A stretch of 64,000 nt of DNA from the human T2T-CHM13v2.0 reference genome, Homo sapiens (GCF_009914755.1 NC_060945.1); one strand, 5' to 3'. Positions 1 through 13,599 are shown, counted from the first letter of the stretch. The notes: generated by a model not told the origin, from the letters alone. Numbers and translations are program-made.

Positions 1-639
1 ACAACCTTGACATTATGGATATTACTTTATCCCCTTATATTTGCAGTTTTTATATAAGAAAAAAGTTCTAAAACTAACATTTGGATACATGTCACTGAGT
101 GGTAGAGTTGTTTCAATCATAACTGAAATAGAGAACCATTCGTTCCTTTTTATAACAAAGACGAATTCTTCATTCTGTGAATGAGAATTAACAACCAAGG
201 TTTTCAGGGGCTTAATGTTACAGAAGCTGTCATTAATTATAATGCTTATTATAAAAACGGAATTGTAATAAATCAGGCTGCAGTCAACCACCTTTGAACA
301 GCTAGAATACTTACATACTCGTAGTGTTTTGCTTTTTTTCTTCTCTTTATTCCATGTAATTACTTAGATCATCCTTTTTATTTCCTGATTCTTTCTTGCT
401 TATGGTATTTTTTTGCATAGGGAATGACAAATGAAGAAAATATTGTAGTATTATATGAGTTTTGGTAGGGCAGTCTGGGTTAACAAATGTACTCCATAAC
501 ATATAATAGACCAAAAACAATAGACATGTATTGCTCCTACCCTTAATAGTTCAAGCAAGGGTCTACTTTTCAAATGGCAGCTCTCATCTTGTGATCATTC
601 AAGAACCCACACTCCTTCATCTGTGACTACCAATCCAGA

Positions 640-1460
640 GGCAAGGTTCTTCATATTTTTGTTTCTGTGCCATGGACTCATCTTTCACTCTGGTAAAGCC
701 TAAAGAAACTTTCTAAGTACAATGCTTTAAAATACATACAATAATAATAGGGCTTAAAGGAAAACAATTATATTGACATACGTTTATCAAAACATGTATA
801 TGAAATGAATTTGTGATACAGCAATATATGTCCTTTTTTTTTTTTTTTTTTTTTTCCAGAGGCAAGGTCTTGCTCTGTTGCCCAGGCTGGAGTGGAGATC
901 ATGGCTCACTACAGCCCCAACTTCCTAGGCTCAACTGATTCTCCTACCTCAGCCTCTCGAGTAGCTGGGACTATAGGCATGGGCCACCTTGCCTGGCTAA
1001 GTTTTTCTTATTTTTGGAGAGATGGGATCTCACTATATTGCCCAGATTGGTCTTGAACTCGTGGCCTCAATTGATCTTCCTTTCTCAACTTCCAAAAGTG
1101 CTAGGATTACAGGTGTGACCCACTGTGCCCAGCCCTATGTGTGTTTTTAAATTAGTATTAGATAACCAGATCTTGCAACACAGTGCTAATAACCACCATA
1201 ATTTTGAAGTAGTGATGAAGGCAAACAGTATTTTGAGATATCTGCAGCAGAAGAGCTGATACAAAAATATCTATGATTTTAACTGGGAGCCAAGTCACAG
1301 GTACTACTATGCCACTGGGATTTGTTGGCTGCCATCATAAGAGAAAGAAATTATAAATTTCAGTTAGATCCAGTTAAAATAGAGATGTAATTTGTTCCCA
1401 TCCAAGTTCATGAACTCCCTGAATTCTATCCACAAATCCCCGAAGGCTAAGAATCTCAGC
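640..1460 (+). mobile_element. hAT-Charlie DNA transposon (Charlie4a-like, ~520 bp once the Alu is removed)
   Basis: 5' end tgtgccatggactc...ctggtaaagcctaa...aaaggaaaacaattatattga and 3' end tccaagttcatgaactccctgaattctatccac...ggctaagaatctc resemble Charlie4 termini. Confidence 0.65.
834..1135 (-). mobile_element. AluJ
   Basis: Poly-T, then reverse-complement Alu dimer with J-type features (ggctcaactgattctcc, ggatctcactatattgcccag), ending gtgcccagcc. Confidence 0.93.
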
Positions 1461-1707
1461 CCTTGTCTGCCAAAGCCAGCAGGAGGGAAAAGTGAGCATG
1501 GAAGAGCATTTAGTTCTAGTACTTGGTGCTGATATTAACTACAAGTATAATGGAATCAAATAATATCCACAACGTCAATATCGTATATCCTTCCCCTGTT
1601 ATGAACTTTGTCCCCAAAATGGCACATATAACTTCCTATTGACCATAATTCAGACATATAGGGAAGTAGGAAGGGAGGGAACAGATTCTATGAAAAATAT
1701 ATTTTCT

Positions 1708-2353
1708 TTATTTTTATTTTACTTTAATTTCTGGGATACATGTGCAGAACATGAAGGTTTGTTATATAAGTATACATGTGCCATGGTGGTTTGCTGCACC
1801 TATGAACCTGTCATCTAGGTTTTAAGCCCTGCATGCATTAGGTATTTGTCCTAATGCTCTCGCTCCCCTTGTCCCCCATCTCCTCACAGGCCCTGGTGTG
1901 TGATGTTCCCCTCCCTGTGTCCATGTGTTTTCATTGGTCAACTCCCACTTATGAGTGGGAATATGCAGTGTTTGGGTTTCTGTTCTTGTGTTAGTTTGTG
2001 GTGAATGATGGCTTCCAGCTTCATCCATGTCCCTGCAAAGGACATGAACTCACTCTTTTTTTAATGGCTGTACATGTGACGTATTTTTTTTTAATCCAGT
2101 TTATCACAGAAACACTTTTACACTGTTGGTGGGAGTGTAATTAGTTCAACCATTGTGGAAGACAGTGTGGCAACTCCTCAAGGATCTAGAACCAGAAATA
2201 CCCTTTGGCCCAACAATCCCATTACTGGGTATATACCCAAAGGATTAAAAATCATTCTACTGTAAAGACATATGCACACGTATGTTTATCACAGCACTAT
2301 TTATATTAGCAAAGTCATGGGACCAACCCAAATGCCCATCAATGATAGGCTGG
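1708..2353 (-). mobile_element. L1PA7/8-like 3' fragment with 5' inversion (minus arm ~1708-2106, inverted plus arm ~2107-2353)
   Basis: L1 3'UTR and ORF2 end on the minus strand fused to a plus-oriented ORF2 C-terminal piece; TSD aaaata(t/c)attttct at 1694-1707 and 2354-2367. Confidence 0.9.
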
Positions 2354-2699
2354 AAAATACATTTTCTAGTAGTCGACTCAATTTACAGACCTGAAAGAGG
2401 CAGTCCAATTTAGTTCCTGTTAAAACTGTTGTGATCAGAAGGGTAAATTATCCTTGCTTGTTAAAAGTGTCTCTGTCTATGTTCCCATGCTTTTACTGTT
2501 TTCGTTTTTTTCTTTTCTATGCCCATTTTGGTTTATACGTCATTGTCACAAAATGTACTGACAAATGGGATTTAAATTACTATTATAATAACATAGCATG
2601 TGGAACAAATATTAATTTCTAAGCTCATGAACATCATATTTCTAGATCTAAGCTGACTTTTTACCTAGTAACCATACATTAATGACTCATGGACAGTAT

Positions 2700-3500
2700 G
2701 TATTCTATATAAGTGCCACAGAAATCAAGTGAGTGTCTGATAAAGCCCAACTCACACCTCATGGCACACCGCGGAGGAAGGGAGTGACTCTCCTTGGAAA
2801 TCAGAAAGATTTCTAAGTGAAGGGAAAGCTTTTCTGGGAAGTTAGGAATTCGTAGTACTTCAACTGGTGGACCTAAGGAAATTTTGTCCCAGAAAACATT
2901 GTGAACAAAGGAGAGGAAAAGCATGTTCTGAAAATGATTACTATCTTGGGTTGACTGTAGCATAGGGTCATAAGGGAAAATAAAACGATAGTCCACTCTA
3001 AAAAGTATAAAAGCATCAGAGTATGAATAATCTTGATGTTCTGCCAAAATTGGCAGAGAGACTGGTTAGATAGCTATTGTAAAATTCAGAGAAGAGTAAG
3101 TTCTCATACAATTCATTGGCTAGGGAAAGGGAAATGAGTGGATTATTTTGAAAGATAATTTAGATTTAGAAATAATAGTTCATTACAGAGAATCTGTTTC
3201 AGGAACAAATGTGAGAGAGGAAATTGAGAGAGTAGCTTCTGATGGTTAACCTAGAGGATGGTGGTGCTATCTAAACCACGGCAGAAGACAAAGGCAGTGG
3301 GGCAGACTGAGGGAAAGAAGATAACGGGCTCAGTTTGGGACATTTTAGGTCTGCTGGATGAGCAAGACATGCATTTCACACTCAGAGAAACAGTCTAGGG
3401 TGTAAGCCTGAAATGTAAGAGAGGGCCAGTATTTGAGTTATAGGTCTCCTGGGAACCAGTTAGGACATATGAGTAAAATCAATTAGGAAAGGACTGTCAA
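2700..3500 (-). mobile_element. Highly diverged L2 relic
   Basis: L2-type purine-rich motifs, e.g. agataacgggctcagtttgggacattttaggtctg. Confidence 0.45.
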
Positions 3501-3730
3501 ATAGAACATCAGTCAATTTTAAAGCACCTAGAAAAGCAGTTCCACACAGGAATCAAGACTTTCTCATACTAGCTGCATTTTTTATTGCATTCAACTAAAT
3601 GATGGATGAGAATAAAAAACATCAAAAGACTCATAAAAGTAAGATTTTAAAAATATGCCCTGCTGCATTTTCAGGGACAAGATTAAAAGTAAGGGTTTAT
3701 ATATTTATTTCTTTTATATATTTCTTTTCT

Positions 3731-3755
3731 TATATATATATATATATATATATAT
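3731..3755. repeat. (TA)n microsatellite
   Basis: Direct read. Confidence 0.95.
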
Positions 3756-4384
3756 TTCTTTTTATAGATGATGAATGACAAGTGTGTCATTGTTAATAGG
3801 TTCTCTCAAATATTGAAGAACTTAGAACTTCTATTAGAAAATACCTCATAAAGCAAAACTGGGCCACATGTCCATTTCTGATCCAATCACTGGCAGGGGA
3901 AATGGGATAACTCCTTGGATTATTAGTCTCTTCCTGGAGGATGAATGGAATTTACTTATCAAGATACTTAGCTATGTGTATTAGGTGTGGGGTAGAGATT
4001 ACCTGAAAACACAAGTCAGAATGCTCTTGGAAAGAAAGGAGGAGTGGATATTATGAAGGCAAAAGTAATGTCTATTGTATCTTGATGATCTGGCTGATTA
4101 AATAACAATAACAACAACGACACGTTTTCTTTTTAACCTTTATTATTTCGTATTATTCTAAAAAGTATTAGTTCTTCCTCCTTAATTGAATACAGTTTAT
4201 AAAGGATTTTGCCCTCAGGGTTATCATTCTGAATTAGCATGAATCATCAATATCAAAAATATACGTGTAAAAAATGTAGATAATTGAGCCAAATACAAAC
4301 AACATCAGAAAATATATTGGAAGATATCTGATGAATTTTTATGATACATTTATATTTTTAAAATGTAACTTTACAATGGAGAGA

Positions 4385-4480
4385 TGTTGTTTGTCATGTT
4401 TTCCGGTTAATGTCCAGTGCCTAAAAAGATGCCTCATACATAGTAGGCACTCAATAAATATGTGTGAAATGAATAAATGA
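4385..4480 (+). mobile_element. L2 3' end
   Basis: ccagtgcctaaaaag...catagtaggcactcaataaatatgtgtgaaatgaataaatga, the canonical L2 terminus. Confidence 0.8.
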
Positions 4481-6007
4481 TGAAAATCTTTATATCACTT
4501 AAATTGTGATTTTTATCTTTCTCTGAAAACAGAATTCTCCGTAAGTATTTTATTTCCGATGACTTTCATTCTATTATTCCCTTTTGTAATATTCTTTCTA
4601 AATTTCACTATGTGTAACCTCATTTGCCCTTCAACTTTATCCAAAGTTCTGAATGTATTCATATTGACTCCTTCTTTCCCTTTTTGGCTTTTAAATATCC
4701 TGGCATAATTTGTTTTGACTGGGTAGAACTGTGTTCTTTTGGACAGCCAACTTCCTTGAACTCTGCTTTCTAAAAGAAGCCCAAGGATTCATCGTACTAA
4801 TTTTCAAATTTGATGCAATTAGCTTCATAAAGTTAATTTTCTTAATTCTGCTGACATTTCCATTTCCTTCCCTTAGGGAAGAGAATTCGATTTCATTAAC
4901 TTGTGATTGTTTCCTCAAGGTTTCTTTCTACTATTAGAAGCCCATCTAATTTTTCCCTATGAGCAAGAATAAAATCTGATATCTGCCCTAGGAATTTTAC
5001 CTTTATTACAGAAGATCAAGCCATGAGATCTCATTGCTTCAGAAATACTTTGTCATCAGTATTCAGTTTGATATGCGCCTGTCAATGCTTCTTCATCTTT
5101 ATATAAAATTGCTTTAAGTCAACTAAAAAAAACCTTATTAACCTTCTTTTACTGGTTTAGTGATTTATATAATTTACATTTTTATAATGTGGTTATTTTC
5201 TGTGTTCTTACCATATTAACTTTAATCCAATTATTATTTCCAAACAATTCCATTGCTACACCTTTATTCTGGATATAAAAAAGCATTAATTTCACAAATA
5301 ATTATGAAATGAGTTCTCTTTTCTAAGCTCATCCTCTAGTTCCAAGTGCTATTCTACTCATTGTCAGGTATGTTAATAACAGCTTAACTCTGGCCCTGAG
5401 ATGGGGCTTCCAGATATTCCTGATTAATTCCATCATTCAAAAGTCACATTGAAGCCTATTTGCATAGTTGTATGATTATTTCCTCACAAAAGAATATAGT
5501 AATTAATAGATAATGAGATATTTAAAACATATTATGATGGTCATTGAAACGATATATGTCAGTGTTCATAAGTCGATAATTTTATTTAAAAAGTTTTAAA
5601 GAAAGTGAGCAAATGAAGTGATAAAAAACTAAAATCTTCCACTGGTTTGTATTAGAAAGAAAAAACAAATGGTAAAAGAGTTGGTGAGAACCCAGAGAAG
5701 AGTTAAACAGATAGCTAAACCTACTTATTAAATTAAGCAGGAAGATATCAGTTGACTAAAGTGACAAGATGGTTATTTTATAAAAACTTTAAAGTGCTTC
5801 AAATTATGCCTTGTTAATTCTTTTTATTTCTTCAACTAATATATTTTGAGTGTTAGTATATGTGAGTTATTACAGAACTACTGAATGTGAGCCAGAGAAA
5901 TTGGATTAAAAATTACGGTATTGCATTTGAGCTGTCTAAGGGATGATTAGGGTAGGCCTCCACAGGTAAACGAAGCACCTATATAGGTAGTTATTTAAAG
6001 AAATATA

Positions 6008-7790
6008 GTCTATGTGTCTGTTTTTGTGCCAGGCCCATGCTATTTTGGTTACTGTATCTTTGTAGTATAGTTTGAAGTGCCAGCTTTGTTTATTTTGCTT
6101 ATAATTGCATTGGCTATTTGGGCTCTGTTTTGGTTTTATATGAGTTTTAGGATAGTTTTTTCTAATCCTGTGAAAAATGACATTGGTGTGATAGTAATAA
6201 CATAGAATTTGTAGATTACTTTCAATACTATGGCTATTTTAATGATATTGACTCTTTCAATCCATGAGTAGAGAATGTTTTTCCATTTGTTTGTGTCATC
6301 TGTGATTTCTTTCAGCAATGTTTCATTGTTTTCCTTGTAGAGATCTTTCACCTCCTTGGTTAAAAGTATTCCTAGGTATTTTATCTTTTTTTGTGACTAT
6401 TGTAAATGGGATTGTGTTCTTCATTTGGCTGTCAACATGAACATTATTGATATATAGAAATGCTACTGATTTTTGCACATTGATTTTGTATGCTGAAACT
6501 TTACTGAAGTCATTTTTAAGTTCCAGGAGCCTTTTGGTGGAGTCCTTGGAGTTTTCTAGGAATAGAGTCATATGGTCAGCAAAGAGAGGCAGTGTAACTT
6601 CTTTTCCCATTTGGATGCCTTTTATTTCTTTTTCTTGTCTGATTGCTCTGGCTAGGACTTCCAGGACTATGTTGAATAGGAGTGGTGAGAGTGGGCATTC
6701 TTGTGTTGTTCCAGTTCTTCGAGAGAATGCTTACAGCTTTTCCCATTTGTTATGATGTTGGCTGTGGGTTTTTCATAGATGGGTCTTATTATTTTGAGGT
6801 GTTTCCTTTGAAGCCTAGTTTCTTGAGGGTTTTATCATGAAAAGATGTTAGATTTTATAGAAGGCTTCTTTTGCATCTATTGAGATAATTATATGGTATA
6901 TGTTTTTAGTTCTGTTTAGGTGGTGAATCATAGTTATTGATTACTCTATGTTGAACAAACTTTGCATCCCAGTAATGAAGACTAGATACAAACAGCTCAC
7001 AAACATGAGAAATGCTCAACATCACTGATCATCAGAGAAGCATAAATCAAAACCATAAAGAGATACCATCTCATACCAGTCAGAATGGCTATTATTAAAA
7101 AGTCAAAAACAACAGATGCTTGTGAGGTCATGGGTAAAAGGCAACACTTATGCACTGTTGTTGGGAATATAAATTAGTTCAGTCACTGTGTAAAGCAATT
7201 TGTAGGTTTCTCAAAGAACTTAAAATGAAACTACCATTTGACACAGCAATTTCATTACTGGGTATATATCCAGAAGAAAATAAATCATCCTACCCAAAAG
7301 ACACATACACTCATATGTTTATTACAGCACTATTCACAATAGCAAAGACATGGAATCAACCTAGGTGCCCATCAAAGGTGGACTGGATAAAGAAAATGTC
7401 ATAAATATACACTGTGGAATACTATGCAGCCATAAAAAAGAACAAAATCATTTCCTTTGCAACAACATGAATGTAACTGGAGGCCATTATCCTAAGTAAA
7501 TTAATGCAAGAACAGAAAAACAAATACCACATGTTCTCACTTATCAGTGGGAGCTAAACATTGGTTATCATGGACATAAAGATGGCAATAACAGACACTG
7601 GGGACTACTAGACATGGGGGAGAAGGGAATAGTATCCAACTGACAGTTGGATACTATTTTCATTACCTGGGTGATGGGATCATTCACATAAAAAACCCTC
7701 AGCATCACACGATTCACCCATGTAACAAACCTGCACACGTACCCCTGATCTAAAATAAAACATAAATTATTTAAAAAATAATTTAAAGTT
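6008..7790 (+). mobile_element. L1PA15/16-like element with 5' inversion (minus arm ~6008-6983, plus arm ~6984-7790)
   Basis: Minus-strand ORFs 6323-6610 and 6136-6351 encode RT-region peptides (LFADHM, KWKNI); plus ORF 7150-7404 encodes the ORF2 C-terminus; 3'UTR catggacataaagatggcaat...ggggactactag. Confidence 0.88.
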
Positions 7791-8019
7791 TTTTTAAAAA
7801 TTAGAAATAAAGATAAATTATTTGAAGAGAAACATGGTAATTAGGAAATGGGTATTCTGTTTAATTAAAATTTACCAGTGTGTATTATGTATCAAAATAC
7901 TTGATTTAAATTTTGTTCACGGCTTTCATCTCAACAGTTCTACTTCTAGCAATCAGTCTAATGGAAATAACTTATAATATCCACGAAGAATTACAGAAAG
8001 GACACTATTTGAACTGCTT

Positions 8020-8725
8020 AGATCTTCCCACCACTCCAGGCAGAGCCTGAAACAAGGACTTGTAATAGTGTAGTGATATCAGGCTGCTGGAATGAAGGAT
8101 AGGAGAGATTAAGGGAAGGAGAAAAAGCTATAATAATGTCTATTGTCAAGGTCACTAAAGAGGGCAACTGGGGCTTGGCTTCATCTGACATCTCAAAAGC
8201 CTATAGAATGCCTCTATGTTTTTCTCTGGAGGATCAACTGAGAGATGCATTCCTCCGTGAAGGCTTATATCTCATTGGCTGAGGGCTACTCTGCAGGGGT
8301 TACCTATGTTATCCACCCCCACTCCACTCCTGCTACAATATGCATTAATTAGTGCCAATTCTTGGGCATTCTTGGCCACAGAGTGAGGGAAAGAAATCTG
8401 TTTTAGGAGAGATATTGTCAGCTTACAGTGAGTTGAAACCCACACAAAAATATCTACTGCACTTGTTGCCGAATTCAATGGGGAGACTTGGCAGGGGAGA
8501 TAGCATGATCACGAAGGTGGTTTTCCCAAGGCAAGATTTATTCACTGCACTCTGGATGTGCTGACCCCTACGATTTCCGCCCAATGGGGAAGCTTGACTG
8601 CTTAGTTTGTTGTGGCAGGGGACTGTGTTCACACTTTTCCCGGGTCTAAAATATTAAACGACAACAACAACAAAAAAATCAATGGGGAGAGCTAGGACAT
8701 GGAGGCAGGACATTAGAGCCATTTG
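8020..8725. mobile_element. Old ERVL-class solo LTR relic (LTR33/LTR16-like) hosting the U1 retrocopy
   Basis: gcagagcctgaaacaaggacttg motif and purine-rich body similar to the element at 14778-15368. Confidence 0.4.
8486..8643 (+). pseudogene. U1 snRNA processed pseudogene (RNU1-type), lacking the first ~7 nt
   Basis: acttggcaggggagatagcatgatcacgaaggtggttttccc...ggatgtgctgacccct...ggggactgtgttcacacttttcccgg aligns to U1; A-rich tail 8648-8678; TSD tcaatggggaga at 8475-8486 and 8679-8690. Confidence 0.95.
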
Positions 8726-8734
8726 ATTTAAAAA

Positions 8735-9120
8735 ATCATGGTGGTTATTTTAAAATATGTTCAAAAATTGGGGATGGCCAAATAAACCAAATATACACAA
8801 AAATGGAGTTTGGTTATTATAGTATACAGCTAACCTGTATGACAAAATATTTTGTAGCTACCTAAATATTTTTAGAAGAATATTTAATGCTTTAGGAAAT
8901 TGTTCGTAATATTAAGTGAACAAAATAAATAATAAAGTTATACATGTATTATTTATATGTGCATAAAATTATTTGAAAATATATATTAACATATTAACAG
9001 TGGTGACTTGGGTGTAGTACAATTATGAATTATGGTTTATCTTCATTTACTCTTTTGTACTTCTTCATATTTCCTAAATGGTTTACAAAGATCATGTATT
9101 ATTTTAGTAACTAAAAAATC
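8735..9120 (+). mobile_element. L1ME-like 3' relic
   Basis: atattaagtgaacaaaa...atattaacagtggt...atcatgtattattttagtaac motifs of old L1M 3'UTRs. Confidence 0.55.
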
Positions 9121-9972
9121 AATGGAAACAAATTTTCATTGCATTGACTTCATTCTATAGTTCCACTTTCTAGGAATTCCTCCAGGCTTTGTGAACTATG
9201 GACTCACTATAAAATCTTTTCTCAACCAAATGTTCAACGTGCACCCTAAAGCCTCATTACAAATTTGACTAACTATGATTTGGTGATGTAGCCTCAGCTC
9301 AAGCCTCCTGTCTCTCATTGACTGACCCTAAAAAGCAATACTGTGTACTTGGAGATCTTCAGAATCTTCAGTGTAGATAAGAGCACATTCACTTAATTGA
9401 ATTATTTATCCTTGATTCAGCCAGCAGAGACAGAAGAGCCAAAAAGAAAGAAAGAATGTTGAGAAAAACTAAGCAGTCACCAAACACATTTTGTGTGGAA
9501 AAATGCTTACAGAATTATTTATTTGTTGAGAAAGAAACTGTATCTGGAAAACTATAAGGGAAACATTGTGGTTAGTTTTGTGGACACTTGATGCTCATTT
9601 AATGCGGAGCAGAATCTAATGTCACATGACACAGCACTCATGCTACCCTCTCTGGCTCATTTTCTGCTGCTTTTTTCTAAACATTCTCACATAATAAATT
9701 GTGAATTGAGAAGATACACAGTTCATCTGAAGATTTTATACATAAGACATAAATGATGCTGAAAAACCAAGCAGATAGCCTATGATTAAGCAAGTGAGAA
9801 CAACTAGTTTGGGTATGAAAAAGCTACATTACAGCTGAAAGCAACAAAATGCCAGCTGTAACCTGCTGAGAAAAGAACAATGGCTGGTTTGTAGTAGTTG
9901 GAAATAGAGTGGCTTTTCCTGAGCAGAATTAAGACTGATGGTGAACTTAAGAGGGGGAAAAAAATTAAAAAT

Positions 9973-10758
9973 CTGTGGCCAACAAACATGAAAAAAAACT
10001 CATCATCACTGGTCATTAGAGAAATGCAAATCAAAACCATAACGAGATACCATCTCACGGCAGTTAGAATGGCGATCATTCAAAACTCAGGAAACAACAC
10101 ATGCTGGAGAGGATATGGAGAAATAGGAACACTTTTACACTGTTGGTGGGAGTCTAAATTAGCTCAACCATTGTGGAAGACAGTGTGGCTATTCCTCAAG
10201 GATCTAGAATCAGAAATACCATTTGACCCAGCAATCCCATTACTGGGTATATACCCAAAGGATTATAAAACATTCTACTATAAAGACACATCCACAAGTA
10301 TGTTTATTGCAGCACTGTTCACAATAGCAAAGTCATGGAACCAACCCAAATGCCCATCAATGATAGACTGGATAAAATAAATGTGGCACATATACACCAT
10401 GGAATACTATGCAGCCATAAAAAAGGATGAGTTCATGTCCTTTGCAAGGACATGGATGAAGCTGGAAACCATCACTCTCAGCAAACTAACACAGGAACAA
10501 AAAACCAAACACTGCATGTTCTCACTCATAAGTGGAAGTTGAACGATAAAAACACATGGACACAGGGAGGGGAACATCATACAGCAGGACCTGTCAGGGG
10601 TTGCAGGGGCTAGGAGAGGGATAGCATTAGGAGAAATACCTAATGTAGGTTACGGGTTGATGGGTGCAACAAACCACCATGGTACGCGTATACCTATGTA
10701 ACAAACCTGCACATTCTGCGCATGTATCCCAGAACTTAAAATATAATTAAAAAAAAAA
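9973..10758 (+). mobile_element. L1PA7-like 3' fragment
   Basis: ORF 9898-10380 gives the ORF2 C-terminus ([22 protein letters not shown]); full 3'UTR and A tail. Confidence 0.93.
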
Positions 10759-11250
10759 GTTAGAGTTGGTGCCAGATTAAAAATATAACCCAAAAAATTA
10801 TTATCAAATTTTTGAAAGAACAGAAAAAAATGCTTATCTGAGAAATGGACTTTTTTCTTCTGCTACATTTTATTATTTTTACAGAAAGTTGACCATCAGT
10901 AAATCACCACTGCATATGATAGAAATTTTGAAAATTTCAAGAGCAATAATTTGTCTTGTAGTATTATCATATTGGTAAATTTCACTTCTCTATGGAAATC
11001 TTAAAATCTATGTTCTTTTGACAAGGAAGTGCCTTCCAGTCTAAATTATAAATTCATATATTCAACACATATTTCTGCATATCTACAAGGTACCAGATAG
11101 CATAATTGGTTCTGAAGACACAAGGATAAAAAAAGTAAAATTTTTGGTTATGAAGTTTGTTATGAACTCCCAGTGTAAAAGAGGAGATAAAGATGTAAAG
11201 ACAATATTGCTGTACAATATACCAAATACAAAGGTCAGAAGGAAACATTA

Positions 11251-11525
11251 GAGTGGAGTAGTAATTAACAACATAGACTCAGGAGCCATTTGTCTTGGTT
11301 CAAACTCCTCTTTCACCACTCACTGTAATGGGTACTTTTGGAGCATTTACCTAAACTACTTTTGTCTCAGTTTCCCCATCTATAAAATGAGGATAATAAT
11401 AATGCATCTGCCTTTTACGATCTAAATGAAAACAAAATGAATCAATATATGATTTATGTATATGTAAATCAATATATGTAAAGAACAGGGTCTGATACGT
11501 ATTAGGCTTTAAGCAAGTGCTAGCT
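11251..11525 (+). mobile_element. MIR
   Basis: Core gtctcagtttccccatctataaaatgaggataataat. Confidence 0.85.
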
Positions 11526-13599
11526 AAAGCCATAAATGTAAGTAGTTGTGAATAACGAAAGGAGAAAAGGCTGCTGGGAAATTGTCAGGGAAAGGCTTGA
11601 CAGAGGAGTACTCTGAAGATGATAGAGAATTTGTGAGATTGAATGACAAAAATCTGATCTAACACTATTCTAGGTCATGAAAGTCATTTTTAAGCAAAAA
11701 ATGTAATAAAATACATTTTAAAAATCTAAAACTAGTCTTGATAGGTGGGGTTGATACTTGTGTGTGTGTGGAGGTCAAGCTATTTCTATAATACAAATAA
11801 TCATATATATTGCAGCTCATCTTTCACTGGGAGAGACTAAGGCACAGATTAATGTTTACCTCTCCTATTTTTACAATGACTTTCCACCCTGCTTTTCTCT
11901 AAACTTCAGATTTCTTAATAATTTAATCTGATATTTTTAATGTTTCAGCCACCTGGCCAGTATCTGTAAATTTACTGAATTTGTTTCTTAAAATGTCTGT
12001 GATCACTAATGAGCTATTTTATTCTGGAAGAGACTTTACCAGCTTTTGTTACATTTATAAGAATTGGCTCCAGAAACTTAAAATAAAGCTTACTGAAGAG
12101 AAAACTCCTTAAGGGCTACAATTGTGTGTTTTTCATCTTAATATTCCATTTAACAAACACCCACAATGTGCAGGTACTGTATTATGAACATTTTAATGTA
12201 ACAGCTACCAGTTGAAACTATAACTAGACGTGGAGTAGGTGTTAAAAGCATGTATGTTATACTGCACTACTGTTTGGAGTATGTTGATATATACGAGTGT
12301 TTTACTACTGTTATCTTCCTTCAATTTTTCCAGTTATTTTGATGATTATGGGATTGGGGTGTAGAAAACTAAAAGAAAATAGACTTTAATTTGGACCAAC
12401 AGCTGGTGGTTACACATGTAATTAATGGGGAAGGCTGTTTACTGGTATTTATTTTAAAACTGATCCCATCCCTGCCAAAGAAAATGTCAGTACTGAAACT
12501 TCACATATTCAAACAGCCAAATTTGTCTGCCATGAACTTGTGGCTTGATAGATTTATTTAATTTTTTTATACTGCTCATGTACGAGTCAGAATTTATATA
12601 GGTCATAGCATGTTATTTTCATTTGATAATAATCCTCTGTTTTTAATGCAGACTAAGTGAACTTCATGACATATACTTTGGGATATGAAAATGAATGTCT
12701 TAAAATATATTTCATTTGTGTTTTCCCATACTATTGAGACATTTCAGTAGCTAATGGAAACCATAAGTTAGTCTAATGAAGTCCATGTATAATTTTATAC
12801 CATAGTCTGTGCAACTTTGACATTTTCATAATTAACCAAAGTCTGGGAATTTAGTTCTAGGTTGGTCTTTTGCCCAAGCATTCAATTCTTGAATGTGATT
12901 AAGAAGCTGAATTTTATATTTGAGTACTTGGCTTCAGTTCCTAGAAGCCATGCTACTGAAATCATTTGGTTTCTAAGCATTTCCTTTTGGAGGGAATAAT
13001 TTCCATAAAATAGTGTGTTTCTTAGATATGTTTTGGTTCTCTAGTCTACATAACACTATTCTGTGTATGCAACATTCCCTTGCCTTTGTGTGGTTGGTTC
13101 TTCATCATTTTCCAGATTTTGGCTTAAATATCACTTCCTAAGTGACCTTTCCTAAAGAATCTATGTACTTTCTACTAGAACATTCTCTATCTCAGATTAT
13201 TTTAACTAGTCATATATTTATCATTTGTGATATCTAGTATTAACTTGTATCTTTAATATGCCCCAGATATATGGAAACTGTCAACTGCTCTTATTGTTTC
13301 TGCTCTTGGTGGGTGATTCAGATAATTGTTTATTGACATTTTGAAGTTGTACCCTTTCCTGACCCTGTGGAATACTAGAAAAGATTAATACAAACAAAGT
13401 AACTTTTTCTTATTTTCTTAGCTGAATATGCAAGGTCGAAGAATTTAAACAACTAGAATTATTTATATTTGGTTATATATTAGTGTATATAAGATTTTCA
13501 AAAGAACAAATCTTCAAAGCCTCTGATACTATTCTTCTTTTCAAATACTCTCTTCTTTTCTCCTTTCTCCCTCCAGAGACAGTGAAACTGCTTCCCTGC

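Larger units (their letters stand above)
470..1690 (-). mobile_element. Old MaLR (MLT1J/K-like) solo LTR relic, split by a Charlie element (pieces ~470-640 and ~1460-1690)
   Basis: Diverged MLT1-like motifs (gtgatcattcaagaacccacactccttcatctgtgact; ccccaaaatggcacatataacttcctattgacc) either side of the hAT element. Confidence 0.45.

Noticed and set aside
12380-12560. Possible conserved non-coding element (E-box CAGCTG, TAATTA)
   Set aside because: Impression only; needs a conservation track.
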